Shown: piece after piece, positions 29,167 to 40,854 of the stretch | How positions within the stretch are numbered: the first letter of the stretch is position 1 | How the letters are laid out: every line of letters starts with the position of its first letter | Source: an uncultured Gammaproteobacteria bacterium | GTDB taxonomy: Bacteria; Pseudomonadota; Gammaproteobacteria; JABCZS01 | Length of the DNA stretch: 64,000 nt | Reading direction: 5' to 3' | Assembly (NCBI GenBank): GCA_963848305.1 | Contig: CAWKDC010000001.1 | Span: 1,408,001-1,472,000, forward strand | Program-made: the position numbers and the translations under genes | Notes under the pieces: model-generated | The model's input: only the letters and a program-made list of their open reading frames with translations | Told to the model about the DNA's origin: nothing | Databases searched by the model: none

Positions 29167-31458
29167 ATGAGTAAAGTCACATTTGAAATAAATGGTAAAC
29201 CAGTTCAAGCTGAACCTGGCCAAATGATCATTGAAGTGGCGGATGAAAATAATATTCGCATCCCCCGTTTTTGTTACCATAAAAAATTGTCGATAGCAGC
29301 GAACTGCCGCATGTGTTTGGTGCAGGTTGAAAAAGCACCCAAGCCATTGCCCGCGTGCGCTACGCCTATCACTGAAGGAATGAAAGTATTCACGCGCTCG
29401 CCCATGGCGCTTGAATCACAACGCATTGTGATGGAATTCTTATTGATCAACCATCCCCTCGATTGCCCCGTCTGTGATCAAGGCGGTGAGTGTGAATTGC
29501 AAGACGTTTCGATGGGGTACGGTGATGGTGTCTCTGAATACACCGAAGGCAAGCGCAGTGTCGAAGATCCTGATCTGGGTCCGTTGGTGGCGACTTACAT
29601 GACACGTTGCATTCATTGCACACGTTGCGTTCGTTTCGGAGATGAAATTTCAGGCATGCGGGAATTGGGTGCTGTCGGTCGTGGTGAATTCACCAAAATC
29701 ACCACGTATGTCCATAAAAATGTGGATTCAGAATTATCAGGGAACGTGATTGATATTTGTCCCGTGGGCGCATTGACCAACAAACCTTTCCAATTTAAAG
29801 CCCGTCCTTGGGAATTGAAGCAACGTGCAGCCATCAGCCCACATGATTGTGTAGGGCCCCATTTGTTCTTACATGAACGCCGTAACGAATTATTCCGCGC
29901 AGTGCCTCGCGAGTGTGAATCTGTGAATGAAGTATGGATTTCAGATCGCGATCGTTTTGGTTTTATGGGCGCTGCATCTGATGATCGTTTAACATTGCCT
30001 GAAATTAAAGTCGATGGTGAATGGCGCGTCACTGATTGGGCAACCGCCTTAGAACATACGGTGAATTTGTTGCAAAAAACCTTGCATGAACAAGACGGTG
30101 CACAGCACATCGGCGCATTGGTTTCACCCAGTGAAACACTTGAAAACATGTATGTGTTTCAAAAACTGTTGCGTGGATTAGGCATCAACAATATTGATCA
30201 TCGTTTGAAAACACAAGATTTCAAAGATGAAGCGCATTTCCCAGTGTACCCTGATTTGGGCATGAAGATTGCTGATCTTGAAACAGCCGATGTGATTGTG
30301 CTCGTCGGCGCACACATTCGCAAAGAACAGCCGATGTTGTGGCACCGCGTTCATAAAGCATCACAACACGGGGCAAAAATCATTGTGGTTGACGTGATGA
30401 AGCATGACATGAATTTACCCGTCACAGCATCGTTCATTGCGGATCGCGGCGATTTATTGTCTGCACTGAACATGGCCGAAAAAGCTTCGAAAGATATATT
30501 CACGTCAGGAAAAAAGATCGCGATTTTATTAGGTGCGCAGGCGATGCATCATCCACAAGCCACACATCTTCGTTTTGCAGCACATTCTTTGGCCACGACT
30601 TATCAGGCACATGTCGGGTTGCTCACAGAAGGTGCAAACAGTGCGGGTGCTTGGTTATCAGGGTGTGTCCCGCATCGCACGTCCGGCGGCAAAACGACCG
30701 CATCAGGCGTGAATGCACAAGACATGTTCAAGCAGCCTCGCCACGCTTATGTATTACTCAATGTTGAACCTGAGCTTGACACTGCTTATGGTGCCATCGT
30801 CCATCACGCATTGACAGCGGCCGAAGCAGTTGTTTGTATCACCTCACATGCGAGTGCATCGATGCGTGAATATGCACACGTGTTACTGCCGGCGACACCG
30901 TTTTCAGAAATGAGCGGAACTTTTGTGAATGTGCAAGGGGATTGGCAGCCGTTCCAAGCAGCCGTGTTGCCTGCGGGTGAAGCGCGGCCTGCTTGGAAGA
31001 TTTGTGCAGCATTGGCAGCATTGTGTCATATAGAAGATCAAGCCTTTGAAACCTTGGATGATGTGCGTGATGATTTGAAAAAACACATCACACCCCACAA
31101 CACCCCAGCCACTTGGATCAAACCCACAACACCCACTCACATGCCAACGGGTAATGTGCGTGTGGCAGAAACACCGATATATGCAGTGGATATGTTGACA
31201 CGTCGCTCCGCACCGTTGCAAGACACGAATGACATGAAAGTCGTGCAAGGCGTGCATGTGTCATCATCACTCTTCAATACATTGGGGCTGAAAGAAGGTG
31301 AATCAGTACGTGTGGCGCAAGCTGGCCATGAAGCTTATTTACCGCTCGTGTTGAATCCACAATTGCCTGATCATGCCGTGTTCGTGGCTTATGGATTGCC
31401 TGCACAAGCAACGCTTGGTTTGGGATTCGCAGAGATCACGGTAGGAGGGCGCTCATGA
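29167..31458 (+). CDS. nuoG: NADH-quinone oxidoreductase subunit G
   Basis: [44 protein letters not shown]. Confidence 0.97.
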   Translation: MSKVTFEINGKPVQAEPGQMIIEVADENNIRIPRFCYHKKLSIAANCRMCLVQVEKAPKPLPACATPITEGMKVFTRSPMALESQRIVMEFLLINHPLDCPVCDQGGECELQDVSMGYGDGVSEYTEGKRSVEDPDLGPLVATYMTRCIHCTRCVRFGDEISGMRELGAVGRGEFTKITTYVHKNVDSELSGNVIDICPVGALTNKPFQFKARPWELKQRAAISPHDCVGPHLFLHERRNELFRAVPRECESVNEVWISDRDRFGFMGAASDDRLTLPEIKVDGEWRVTDWATALEHTVNLLQKTLHEQDGAQHIGALVSPSETLENMYVFQKLLRGLGINNIDHRLKTQDFKDEAHFPVYPDLGMKIADLETADVIVLVGAHIRKEQPMLWHRVHKASQHGAKIIVVDVMKHDMNLPVTASFIADRGDLLSALNMAEKASKDIFTSGKKIAILLGAQAMHHPQATHLRFAAHSLATTYQAHVGLLTEGANSAGAWLSGCVPHRTSGGKTTASGVNAQDMFKQPRHAYVLLNVEPELDTAYGAIVHHALTAAEAVVCITSHASASMREYAHVLLPATPFSEMSGTFVNVQGDWQPFQAAVLPAGEARPAWKICAALAALCHIEDQAFETLDDVRDDLKKHITPHNTPATWIKPTTPTHMPTGNVRVAETPIYAVDMLTRRSAPLQDTNDMKVVQGVHVSSSLFNTLGLKEGESVRVAQAGHEAYLPLVLNPQLPDHAVFVAYGLPAQATLGLGFAEITVGGRS

Positions 31459-32480
31459 TCGCACTATTCACGACACTTTTCTGGATCGTCGTTAAATCAT
31501 TGTGCATTGTCTTGCCGGTGATTTTGGGTGTGGCTTACTTGATGTATGCAGAACGTAAAATCATTGGTTACATGCAGGATCGCGTCGGTCCGAATCGAGT
31601 CGGTCCATTGGGTTTGTTCCAACCGATTGCTGACGGAATAAAATTATTTCTGAAAGAAGTGATCTTGCCCACGAAAGCGAATTGGTTTCTATTTTTGATT
31701 GCGCCGATGATCACGATGGCTGCTTCTCTGGCCGCATGGGCGGCAGTCCCCTTTCAAGAAGGTGTGGTATTAGCGAACGTGAATGCCGGCGTATTATATG
31801 TATTGGCAACAACATCGCTCGGCGTATATGGCATTATCATTGCAGGTTGGGCGTCGAATTCAAAATACGCATTATTGGGTTCATTACGTTCTGCTGCTCA
31901 AATGATTTCCTATGAAATTCCCATGGGGTTTGCATTGGTTGGCGTGTTAATGGCGGCTGGATCATTGAATTTAAGTGACATTGTCAATGCGCAAAGTGGT
32001 GGCATCCTGCACTGGTATTTCATCCCACTGTTTCCGCTTTGTGTGATTCACTGGGTTTCCGCAATGGCTGAAACCAATCGTGCCCCATTCGATTTGGCTG
32101 AAGGCGAATCTGAAATCGTGGCAGGCTTCCACGTGGAATATGCGGGCATGGCATTTGCGGTATTTTTTCTTGCTGAATATGCAAACATGATTTTAATGGC
32201 AGTGCTCGCGTCAATATTTTATTTGGGTGGGTGGCACTCACCTTTTGAAGGGATTCCCTTGCTAGCCCAAGCGACTGCTTGGGTGCCCGGGATTGTTTGG
32301 CTGATGGCCAAGACAGGCTTTTTCTTATTCCTCTATTTGTGGATACGCGCAACATTCCCGCGCTTTCGTTATGATCAACTCATGCGTTTGGGTTGGAAAA
32401 TTTTTATTCCTGCCACACTTGTGTGGATTGTGGTATTGGCGGTGATGGTGTCGATGAAACTTCCCCCTTGGTTTGTATGA
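31455..32480 (+). CDS. nuoH: NADH-quinone oxidoreductase subunit H
   Basis: [43 protein letters not shown]. Confidence 0.98.
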   Translation: MIALFTTLFWIVVKSLCIVLPVILGVAYLMYAERKIIGYMQDRVGPNRVGPLGLFQPIADGIKLFLKEVILPTKANWFLFLIAPMITMAASLAAWAAVPFQEGVVLANVNAGVLYVLATTSLGVYGIIIAGWASNSKYALLGSLRSAAQMISYEIPMGFALVGVLMAAGSLNLSDIVNAQSGGILHWYFIPLFPLCVIHWVSAMAETNRAPFDLAEGESEIVAGFHVEYAGMAFAVFFLAEYANMILMAVLASIFYLGGWHSPFEGIPLLAQATAWVPGIVWLMAKTGFFLFLYLWIRATFPRFRYDQLMRLGWKIFIPATLVWIVVLAVMVSMKLPPWFV

Positions 32481-32487
32481 GGATGAC

Positions 32488-32976
32488 ATGGATAAACTGA
32501 AGCATTTTTTCAAAACATTTTTCTTGTGGGAGCTTTTGCAGGGCATGTCTGTCACAGGGCGGCATTTATTCAGCCGAAAAATCACATTGATGTATCCCGA
32601 ACAAAAAACACCTAAATCCGTACGCTTTCGTGGTTTGCATGCGTTGCGCCGATATCCCAACGGTGAAGAACGTTGCATTGCGTGTAAACTGTGCGAGGCA
32701 GTCTGCCCTGCTTTGGCGATCACGATTGAATCAGCTCCCAGGGCGGATGGCACCCGCCGCACAACGCGGTATGACATCGATTTGTTCAAATGTATTTATT
32801 GCGGATTTTGTGAAGAATCTTGTCCTGTCGATTCTATCGTTGAAACAGGTATTTCTGAATATGCATTTGAAAACCGCAGCGAGTCGATTCTGACCAAACC
32901 ACAATTGCTGGCTATCGGCGATAAATACGAATTACAGTTAGCGGATGAACGCGCACAAGATGCGCCCTATCGCTAG
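32488..32976 (+). CDS. nuoI: NADH-quinone oxidoreductase subunit I
   Basis: [12 protein letters not shown] and [12 protein letters not shown] ferredoxin motifs. Confidence 0.98.
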   Translation: MDKLKHFFKTFFLWELLQGMSVTGRHLFSRKITLMYPEQKTPKSVRFRGLHALRRYPNGEERCIACKLCEAVCPALAITIESAPRADGTRRTTRYDIDLFKCIYCGFCEESCPVDSIVETGISEYAFENRSESILTKPQLLAIGDKYELQLADERAQDAPYR

Positions 32977-32995
32977 GCATGGGGAACGACCATTT

Positions 32996-33023
32996 GTAGG
33001 GGCGCAGCATGCTGCCCCCCTAC
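32996..33023. repeat. GTAG-type REP element
   Basis: GTAGGGGCGCAGCATGCTGCCCCCCTAC between nuoI and nuoJ; followed by hairpin GTTCTGC-GAA-GCAGAAC. Confidence 0.85.
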
Positions 33024-33092
33024 ACGTTAGGCTTGTTCTGCGAAGCAGAACATGGGGTTTTTGAGATATAGGTAACTTGGGAAATAGAAGGC

Positions 33093-33689
33093 ATGCAAAT
33101 CGATTTTATCAAACTGATTTTCTACGCATTCAGCGCCGTTGCAATCTTTGGCGCTGGGATGGTGGTGTTTTCTCGCCATGCAGTGCGATCCGTACTGTCA
33201 TTGGTACTGACGTTTACCGCAGTCGCTGGCCTGTGGATGTTATTGCAATCAGAATTTTTGGCACTGACCCTGATTTTAGTGTATGTCGGAGCCGTCATGG
33301 TCTTGTTCCTCTTCGTGGTCATGATGTTGAAGATGAGTGCTGATCCGCTGAACGAAGGATTTGCGCGTTATTTACCCGTGGGCATATTATTGGCGGTGTG
33401 TTTGATTGGGCAAATCATTTGGATGTTTGGGAAAGATACAATCATGCAATCATTGAATGTTTTGCCCGTCATGCCGCTGGATTACAGCAATATCACTGTG
33501 CTCGGCAATGCTTTGTATACAGAATATTTATATCCATTTGAAATTGCGGGCGTGATTTTAACGGTTGCCATCATTGCGGCCATTGGTTTGTCGGCGCGTG
33601 GACCGCGCCAGCGTAAGGTTCAAGATGTCAGTGCGCAAATTGCGACGAAAAAATCTGACAGACTGACCGTATTGAAAGGGGTAAAATGA
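33093..33689 (+). CDS. nuoJ: NADH-quinone oxidoreductase subunit J
   Basis: [27 protein letters not shown]. Confidence 0.96.
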   Translation: MQIDFIKLIFYAFSAVAIFGAGMVVFSRHAVRSVLSLVLTFTAVAGLWMLLQSEFLALTLILVYVGAVMVLFLFVVMMLKMSADPLNEGFARYLPVGILLAVCLIGQIIWMFGKDTIMQSLNVLPVMPLDYSNITVLGNALYTEYLYPFEIAGVILTVAIIAAIGLSARGPRQRKVQDVSAQIATKKSDRLTVLKGVK

Positions 33690-33994
33690 TGTTGGGGATC
33701 CATGATTATTTAATCATTTCAAGTATACTGTTTGGCTTTGCCGCATTTGGGATTGCCATTAACCGCAAAAACCTGATCAATTTATTGATGTGCATTGAAT
33801 TGATGTTGCTCGCAGTGAATACAAATTTTGTGGCATTTTCTCGCTTCCTCGATCAGAGTACAGGTGAAGTATTTGTGTTTTTCATTTTAACGGTGGCTGC
33901 CGCAGAGGCGGCGATTGGGTTGGCGATTTTAGTGGTTCTTTTCAGAGAACGGCAAACGATCAATGTTGAAGCCTTGAATCGGCTGAAGGGGTAG
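33686..33994 (+). CDS. nuoK: NADH-quinone oxidoreductase subunit K
   Basis: [23 protein letters not shown]. Confidence 0.97.
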   Translation: MMLGIHDYLIISSILFGFAAFGIAINRKNLINLLMCIELMLLAVNTNFVAFSRFLDQSTGEVFVFFILTVAAAEAAIGLAILVVLFRERQTINVEALNRLKG

Positions 33995-33997
33995 GGC

Positions 33998-35944
33998 ATG
34001 CTGAAACTGTTATGTTTATGGGTAGTGTTGTTTCCCTTGATTGGTTCGCTCATCACGGGTTTGTTTGTGCGCGTTATTCCGCGTGCAGCTGCGCATTGGG
34101 TCACGTCAACGGGTGTCGCATTGTCATTCTTATGTAGTTTGGCGGCGCTTTATATTTACGTGCAAACATCCATTCCCACGACGTTTGTCCTATATGAATG
34201 GGGACAAATGGCAGGGGTTCCCTTGCATATTGGCTTTCAAATAGATGGGCTGACCTTATTGATGATGAATGTTGTGACATTCATTTCCTTGATGGTTCAC
34301 ATTTATACGATCGGTTATATGAGTGATGATCCAGGTTATCAGCGCTTTTTTTCGTATATTTCTCTGTTCACATTTTCAATGTTGACACTCGTCATGTCTG
34401 ATAATTTCCTTCAATTATTTTTTGGATGGGAAGCCGTGGGGTTGGTGTCTTATTTGTTGATTGGTTTTTGGTTCAAGCGTCCAAGTGCTGTGTATGCAAA
34501 CATGAAAGCCTTTTTGGTCAATCGCGTCGGCGATTTGGGTTTTCTATTAGGCATTGCAGGTATTTTCGCCGTATTTGGGTCTTTGAATTATCAGGATGTG
34601 TTTTCGAACTTGTCATTGCTGACGGACAAACCTGCACTCACCACCGGGATCTGCATTTTGTTATTTATCGGTGCAATGGGTAAATCAGCGCAAGTGCCAT
34701 TGCATGTTTGGTTGCCTGATTCCATGGAAGGTCCTACGCCCATTTCAGCATTGATTCACGCGGCCACCATGGTAACTGCGGGTATCTTCATGGTCGCACG
34801 TTTATCGCCTTTATTTGAATTGAGTGAAGTGGCACGCAGTTTTATTTTAGTGATCGGTGCCACCACAGCGCTGTTCATGGGCTTTTTGGGTATTGTGCAA
34901 AATGATATTAAACGCATCATTGCTTATTCCACATTGTCTCAATTGGGATATATGGTGGTTGCCTTGGGCGCTTCGGCATATGCCGCGGGTATTTTTCATT
35001 TAATGACGCATGCGTTCTTCAAGGCGTTATTATTTTTAGGCGCTGGTTCAGTCATCATTGCCATGCATCATGAACAAGACATTCGCAAAATGGGCGGTTT
35101 GTGGCGCAAATTGCCGATCACTTATGTGACGATGTTGTTGGCGTCTCTCGCATTGGCAGGGCTGCCTCCCTTTTCTGGCTTCTACTCAAAAGATGTGATC
35201 ATTGAAGCCGTGTCTGCCGCGACCATTCCCGGTGCAACTTATGCAAAATGGGCAGTATTGATCGGTGTTTTCGTCACGGCGATGTATTCATTCCGCTTAT
35301 TGTTCTTGGTATTCCACACCAAGCCTCGCATGGATGCGCACACGGCGTCACATGTGCATGAATCGCCGCGCGTCGTGACCATTCCGCTGATATTGTTGGC
35401 GATCCCCTCTGTCGTGGTTGGGGGTATTTTAGCAGAGAATATTTTATTTTCATCCCATGGATTCTTGACAAACAGTATTCATGTCGATGCAGCAAATAAC
35501 GTATTGGGGATCGTGTCGCACCATTTTCATGGTGCACTGTCTTTCGCCATGCACGCCCCGTTGACAGTACCGTTCTGGTTGGCTGTTTCCGGTATTCTGG
35601 TGTCCTATTTGTGCTATGAACATTTTGTATCAATTCCAGCGTGGGTAGCGCAGCGTTTTTCTGTGATTTATCGCCTATTAAACAATAAATATGGTTTTGA
35701 TCAATTCAATGAGTGGTTCTTTGCAAAGGGGTCGATCAAGCTGGGCGATGCGTTCTGGCAAATCGGTGATGTGAAATGCATTGATGATACCTTGGTGAAT
35801 GGTTCAGCAAATGCCTTGGTACGCATGGGTGGCCGTTTACGCTATTTGCAATCGGGTATGTTAAACCAGTATGCATTTATTTTGTTGGTGGGTGTCGTCG
35901 TGTTTGTTACATGGATGTCCTATAGTCTTTTTATTGTTCAGTAA
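33998..35944 (+). CDS. nuoL: NADH-quinone oxidoreductase subunit L
   Basis: GWEAVGLVSYLLIGFW, GKSAQVPLHVWLPDSMEGPTPISALIHAATMV. Confidence 0.97.
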   Translation: MLKLLCLWVVLFPLIGSLITGLFVRVIPRAAAHWVTSTGVALSFLCSLAALYIYVQTSIPTTFVLYEWGQMAGVPLHIGFQIDGLTLLMMNVVTFISLMVHIYTIGYMSDDPGYQRFFSYISLFTFSMLTLVMSDNFLQLFFGWEAVGLVSYLLIGFWFKRPSAVYANMKAFLVNRVGDLGFLLGIAGIFAVFGSLNYQDVFSNLSLLTDKPALTTGICILLFIGAMGKSAQVPLHVWLPDSMEGPTPISALIHAATMVTAGIFMVARLSPLFELSEVARSFILVIGATTALFMGFLGIVQNDIKRIIAYSTLSQLGYMVVALGASAYAAGIFHLMTHAFFKALLFLGAGSVIIAMHHEQDIRKMGGLWRKLPITYVTMLLASLALAGLPPFSGFYSKDVIIEAVSAATIPGATYAKWAVLIGVFVTAMYSFRLLFLVFHTKPRMDAHTASHVHESPRVVTIPLILLAIPSVVVGGILAENILFSSHGFLTNSIHVDAANNVLGIVSHHFHGALSFAMHAPLTVPFWLAVSGILVSYLCYEHFVSIPAWVAQRFSVIYRLLNNKYGFDQFNEWFFAKGSIKLGDAFWQIGDVKCIDDTLVNGSANALVRMGGRLRYLQSGMLNQYAFILLVGVVVFVTWMSYSLFIVQ

Positions 35945-35953
35945 GGGTGAGTC

Positions 35954-37483
35954 ATGTCTTTATGGCCATGGTTAAGTTTGTCAATTTGGGTCCCTATTGT
36001 GGGGGGTGTTTTCCTGCTGGCATTGTCGCGTGACAAAGCGCCGCAATGGATCAAATCGATTGCGTTAGGCATCAGCGTGCTGACGTTGGCCATCACCTGT
36101 GTGATAGCGTATTTATTCGACATGTCGAGCGCTGCTTTGCAATTGCAAGAGATTGTCCCATGGGTTAAATCATTTCGTATTGTTTACGCTTTGGGTGTCG
36201 ATGGGATTGCATTGCCTTTGATCATCTTGTCAGCATTTTGTACGGTGTTGGTGGTGCTAGCAGGCTGGCGTGTGATTGAAACTCGTGTGGCTCAATATTA
36301 CAGCGCCTTCTTGATCTTACAAGGATTGATGACAGGCGCATTTTTGGCCACAGATGCCATGTTGTTCTATATTTTCTGGGAAGCTTTGTTGATCCCGATG
36401 TTTTTAATCATTGGTATTTGGGGCGGCTCACGCCGGGTGTATGCGACGATTAAATTCTTTTTATACACTTTTTTGGGCTCCATTTTCATGCTCGTCGCAT
36501 TGATTTATTTGTATTTTCAAGCGGGCGGCAGTTTCACGATCATGGATTTTTACGCACTTGATTTGTCTGATAAAGCGCAATTCTGGATATTCCTCGCATT
36601 CCTCGTTGCCTTTGCTGTTAAAGTACCCATGTTCCCCGTGCATACTTGGTTGCCTGATGCCCACGTGGAAGCGCCTACGGGCGGCTCTGTGATTTTGGCA
36701 GCCATCATGTTGAAGCTGGGTGGCTACGGTTTTCTGCGGTTTACATTGCCTATCACGCCTGAAGCCAGCTTGGCCATGGCTCAACCAATGATCATCGTAT
36801 CATTGATTGCGGTGGTGTACATTGGTTTCATTGCGATTGTTCAGCGTGACATGAAAAAGTTGATTGCCTATTCATCCATCGCACACATGGGTTTCGCGAC
36901 ATTGGGTATTTTTATCGCTGCCCCCTTAATTGTGGCGGGCAATATGTTACAAGCACGCATTGGTTTAGAAGGCGCGATGATACAAATGATTTCACACGGC
37001 TTGATTTCAAGCGCCCTCTTTTTATGTGTGGGCGTCTTATATGATCGTTTACACAGCCGCGATATCAAAGACTACGGTGGCGTGGCCAATGTCATGCCTG
37101 TCTTCACAGCATTCGCAGTCGTGTTTGCGATGGCCAATGTTGGCTTGCCAGGGACATCCGGTTTTATCGGTGAATTTTTTGTCGTGATTGCCAGCTTTAA
37201 ATTGAGTTTCGTCATTGCCCTATTGGCGGGGCTCACCTTATTGTTATCACCGGCTTATACGTTGTGGATGGTGCGCCGTGTGTTTTACGGAGAAGTGGTG
37301 CACGCCAATGTGGGCGCCCTTAAGGACATCGGCGCGCGTGAAACATTTTATTTAAGTCTGTTGGCTGTGGGTATCATTCTGTTAGGCGTTTGGCCAGAAC
37401 CCATATTGGATATGATGCGCGCATCATTATCACAATTGGCGCACAATTTATCGCTGGGTTTAGTCCCCACGGGAGGTATTTAA
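35954..37483 (+). CDS. nuoM: NADH-quinone oxidoreductase subunit M
   Basis: KVPMFPVHTWLPDAHVEAPT, DMKKLIAYSSIAHMG, GLPGTSGFIGE. Confidence 0.97.
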   Translation: MSLWPWLSLSIWVPIVGGVFLLALSRDKAPQWIKSIALGISVLTLAITCVIAYLFDMSSAALQLQEIVPWVKSFRIVYALGVDGIALPLIILSAFCTVLVVLAGWRVIETRVAQYYSAFLILQGLMTGAFLATDAMLFYIFWEALLIPMFLIIGIWGGSRRVYATIKFFLYTFLGSIFMLVALIYLYFQAGGSFTIMDFYALDLSDKAQFWIFLAFLVAFAVKVPMFPVHTWLPDAHVEAPTGGSVILAAIMLKLGGYGFLRFTLPITPEASLAMAQPMIIVSLIAVVYIGFIAIVQRDMKKLIAYSSIAHMGFATLGIFIAAPLIVAGNMLQARIGLEGAMIQMISHGLISSALFLCVGVLYDRLHSRDIKDYGGVANVMPVFTAFAVVFAMANVGLPGTSGFIGEFFVVIASFKLSFVIALLAGLTLLLSPAYTLWMVRRVFYGEVVHANVGALKDIGARETFYLSLLAVGIILLGVWPEPILDMMRASLSQLAHNLSLGLVPTGGI

Positions 37484-38896
37484 ATGAACATGACCGAATG
37501 GCTTGGGATTTCGCCTGAAATCATTTTACTGATAATGTCTTTTGTGGTGATGTTTGCCCATTTGTTTTGCAAGCCATCGCATGAAGCACAAGTGACCTAT
37601 GTTTTGTCGCAAGCAGGCCTGCTCGCAGCATTTTGTGCAGCGATTAAAACATGGACGATGGACGGCGTGATCATGGGTGGTCATGTGGTCATGTCATCAT
37701 TTTCAGCGTTGCTGAAAATGGGTGTGTTTGTCACCGTATTATTTGTGTTTGCTTATGCAAAAAGCTATTTCAATCATGACAGTAAAAGGGCTTCTGAATA
37801 CTATATGTTAGGCTTGTTTTCAGTGATGGGCATGTGCATCATGATTTCGGCCGGCACTATGTTGTCGCTTTATTTGGGCTTGGAATTACTATCATTGCCA
37901 TTATACGCGATGGTCGCGATCGTTCCTTCACGTGATCTTGGCGTTGAGGCTTCCATGAAATATTTTGTGATGGGTGCATTGGCATCGGGCATGTTATTGT
38001 TCGGGATGTCGTTGGTGTATGGCAGTACAGGCACGCTTGATTTGGTGTCGATCGCAGCGGAAATGCCGACGGCATCGCATACATTATTGATCGTCGGTTT
38101 GGTGTTTATTGTGGTGGGTATTGCGTTTAAATTTGGTGCAGTGCCTTTTCATTTATGGCTTCCCGATGTGTATCAAGGGGCTGCGCAACCCGTGGTATTA
38201 TTCATCGCCTGCGCGCCGAAAATCGCTGCGTTTGGCATGTTGGTGCGGCTGTTGTCCGATCTGTTTGGACATTACGCATTTGAATGGCAAGGGTTCATGC
38301 TGGTGATGGCGGTATTGTCGTTGATATTAGGGAATATCACTGCATTAGTGCAACGGAATATCAAACGGATGCTCGGTTATTCAGCTATTGCGCATGTGGG
38401 TTTTATTTTCCTGGCCGTTTATGCAAGCGCATTTCCCACCGCGCTTTATTATGTTTTCACTTATGTGTTAATGACAGCGGCAGCGTTTGGCGTGTTGGTG
38501 ATACTGTCGCATGTGGGTGCAGATATCCAACAGATAGATGATTTAAAAGGCTTGAGTAAGCGTAATCCTTGGGTTGCCTTCATGATACTGCTGATATTTT
38601 TCTCCTTGGCAGGCGTGCCCCCGACCATTGGCTTTTACGCGAAATTGTCCGTATTAATGGCTCTGGTGAACGATGGGGCGTTGTCTCTCGCGATTCTAGG
38701 ATTGTTGATGTCTGTCGTAGGCGCATTTTACTATTTGCGTATCATCAAAGTGATGTATTTTGATGCTGCGACGGAAGCCCCGTTCAGCATACCTAAGGTG
38801 TCAGGCGCGCTACTAAGCTTGAACGCGGTAGCGACTTAGGCCTTGGGCGTGACGCCTGGGTTGTTGATGGGATTATGCTTGGCCGTCATGCCATAG
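37484..38896 (+). CDS. nuoN: NADH-quinone oxidoreductase subunit N, in-frame TAG at 38837-38839
   Basis: EASMKYFVMGA, FKFGAVPFHLWLPDVYQGA, SLAGVPP; after the amber the same frame gives ALGVTPGLLMGLCLAVMP-stop, the expected last helix. Confidence 0.93.
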
Positions 38897-38911
38897 ATTG
38901 GCAGGGAATAT

Positions 38912-38994
38912 TACCGAGGAGAGGACTCGAACCTCCACGGGCAAAGCCCACGAACACCTGAAGCTCGCGTGTCTACCAATTCCACCACCCCGGC
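38912..38994 (-). tRNA. tRNA-Leu(CAG), no encoded CCA
   Basis: GCCGGGGTGGTGGAATTGGTAGACACGCGAGCTTCAGGTGTTCGTGGGCTTTGCCCGTGGAGGTTCGAGTCCTCTCCTCGGTA; long variable arm. Confidence 0.92.
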
Positions 38995-39208
38995 AATGGG
39001 GACGATTTTAAGCCTTTTCATCAGATTGTGCAAGGGGTGCTTCTTAATCTTCGCCCCCTTTGAACGGGGCAGGCTGCGAGGCATAGATGTCATATGTCCC
39101 TAAAACATTCATTGAAATGTCCATATAAATCATCACTGACATAGGTCAAAAAACCCATTTTACTTTTCCTCCCTCCCGTCGATAAGAGAAAGGCAATGGG
39201 AGAGAAGC

Positions 39209-39601
39209 ATGATGAACAACAGTGAACCTTTTAAAATTTGGCATGCCCAGGCATTATCAACCATAGATTATGATTATGGCAATGTGCCTATTCATTTATC
39301 AAAGGCGAAGATGCTGGCCAGTCATCTCCAGAAGGGCAAGCCCTGCTACTTGATGTTATACAGCGATTTATGCATTGAAATCGTCAATGTAGTTCGCGTC
39401 TTTCATGACATCATCACCATCGAGCGTGCGCAAAAAGGCACAAATGCAACATTGTGGCCTGCCGGCTCTTGCATCAGCGCAAAAATCAGCGCCAAGGTAT
39501 TGAAAGAACTCCATTTGGACAAAGATGCCTTTTTGAAAACCGATAATCGCGCCCGTGTCACGCCCGAGGGGGATGTCATTACCCTTTGTGTTAATAATTA
39601 A
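39209..39601 (+). CDS. Hypothetical protein resembling a phage tail-protein N-terminal module
   Basis: [39 protein letters not shown] resembles the EIV...LTIERAQEGT...W.AG motif of phage tail proteins; GGAGAG RBS. Confidence 0.5.
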   Translation: MMNNSEPFKIWHAQALSTIDYDYGNVPIHLSKAKMLASHLQKGKPCYLMLYSDLCIEIVNVVRVFHDIITIERAQKGTNATLWPAGSCISAKISAKVLKELHLDKDAFLKTDNRARVTPEGDVITLCVNN

Positions 39602-39714
39602 ATCCGCCTCGGCCCCTGTTTTCAGGGGACGCGGGCAAAAGATTTTTCCAAAATACAATATCGTTCCTCCTAAAAACCCGCTACAATAGGCCAGTTCAGA
39701 AGGAGGGTTTCGTT

Positions 39715-40854
39715 TTGCAAACACCAGCCGTGTTAGCTTTGGAAGATGGGCTTATTTTTCAAGGGATCGCTATTGGTTACCACGGGAGTACGTGTGGTGA
39801 GGTCGTATTCAATACTGCGATGACTGGCTATCAAGAAATTCTGTCTGATCCGTCTTATGCGGAACAAATCGTGACCTTAACTTATCCGCATATTGGCAAT
39901 ACGGGCACCAATGAAGAAGACAATGAATCTGGTGCAGTGTATGCTAAAGGGCTGGTCATCCGGGATTTATCAGGTGTCACCTCTAATTGGCGCAGCACGG
40001 CTTCCCTCTCAGATTATTTAACCTCGCGCAAGATTGTCGGCATCGCAGAACTGGATACCCGCGCGCTCACGCATCATTTGCGTACCCATGGCGCCAAGCG
40101 TGGCGCCATCGTGTGTGGAAACAATATCGATACAGCCGCTGCGGTGAATATGGCCAAAAATGCACGTGATTTAAAGGGTCTAGATCTCGCGAAGGAAGTC
40201 ACGTGCAAAGCGCCCTATGTATTTGAAGAAGGCACCTGGGATGCCACGCAAGCAGGTCAATTTCCTTTGCCCAAAAAATACAAAGTGGTGGTGATGGATT
40301 ATGGCGTGAAGCGCAATATTCTTCGGATTTTGGTTGATTTGGGTTGTGAAGTGCACGTATTGCCAGCCCAATCTTCCCTCGACACGGTATTGTCATATCA
40401 TCCTGACGGCGTGGTATTTTCAAATGGCCCAGGCGATCCTGAACCTTGCGATTATGCAATCCAATTGATCCAAGATCTGATTGCAAAACATATGCCGATC
40501 TATGGCATTTGTTTAGGGCACCAATTGTTGGGCTTGGCGATGGGCGCGCGCACGTATAAAATGGCGTTCGGACACCACGGGGCAAATCATCCCGTGGTCG
40601 ATCTTGACACCGGCAAAGTGTGGACAACCTCACAAAATCATGGTTTTGCCATTCAAGATGATGCATTGCCGCCCGACGTAGTGGTCACCCACCGCAGTTT
40701 ATTTGATCAATCGATACAAGGCATACGCTTGAAACATAAACCCGCTTACAGTTTTCAAGGACATCCTGAAGCCAGTCCCGGGCCGCACGATGCGCTGGGC
40801 TTGTTCAAACCTTTTCTGAAAGACATGGAGCATCACCGTGCCGAAACGCGATAA
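39715..40854 (+). CDS. carA: Carbamoyl-phosphate synthase small subunit
   Basis: [40 protein letters not shown]. Confidence 0.98.
   Translation: MQTPAVLALEDGLIFQGIAIGYHGSTCGEVVFNTAMTGYQEILSDPSYAEQIVTLTYPHIGNTGTNEEDNESGAVYAKGLVIRDLSGVTSNWRSTASLSDYLTSRKIVGIAELDTRALTHHLRTHGAKRGAIVCGNNIDTAAAVNMAKNARDLKGLDLAKEVTCKAPYVFEEGTWDATQAGQFPLPKKYKVVVMDYGVKRNILRILVDLGCEVHVLPAQSSLDTVLSYHPDGVVFSNGPGDPEPCDYAIQLIQDLIAKHMPIYGICLGHQLLGLAMGARTYKMAFGHHGANHPVVDLDTGKVWTTSQNHGFAIQDDALPPDVVVTHRSLFDQSIQGIRLKHKPAYSFQGHPEASPGPHDALGLFKPFLKDMEHHRAETR

Noticed and set aside
38837-38839. Recoded amber (pyrrolysine or readthrough) in nuoN
   Set aside because: No pyl genes seen; prfA is intact and other genes end in TAG. A TTG-to-TAG error or point mutation is simpler.
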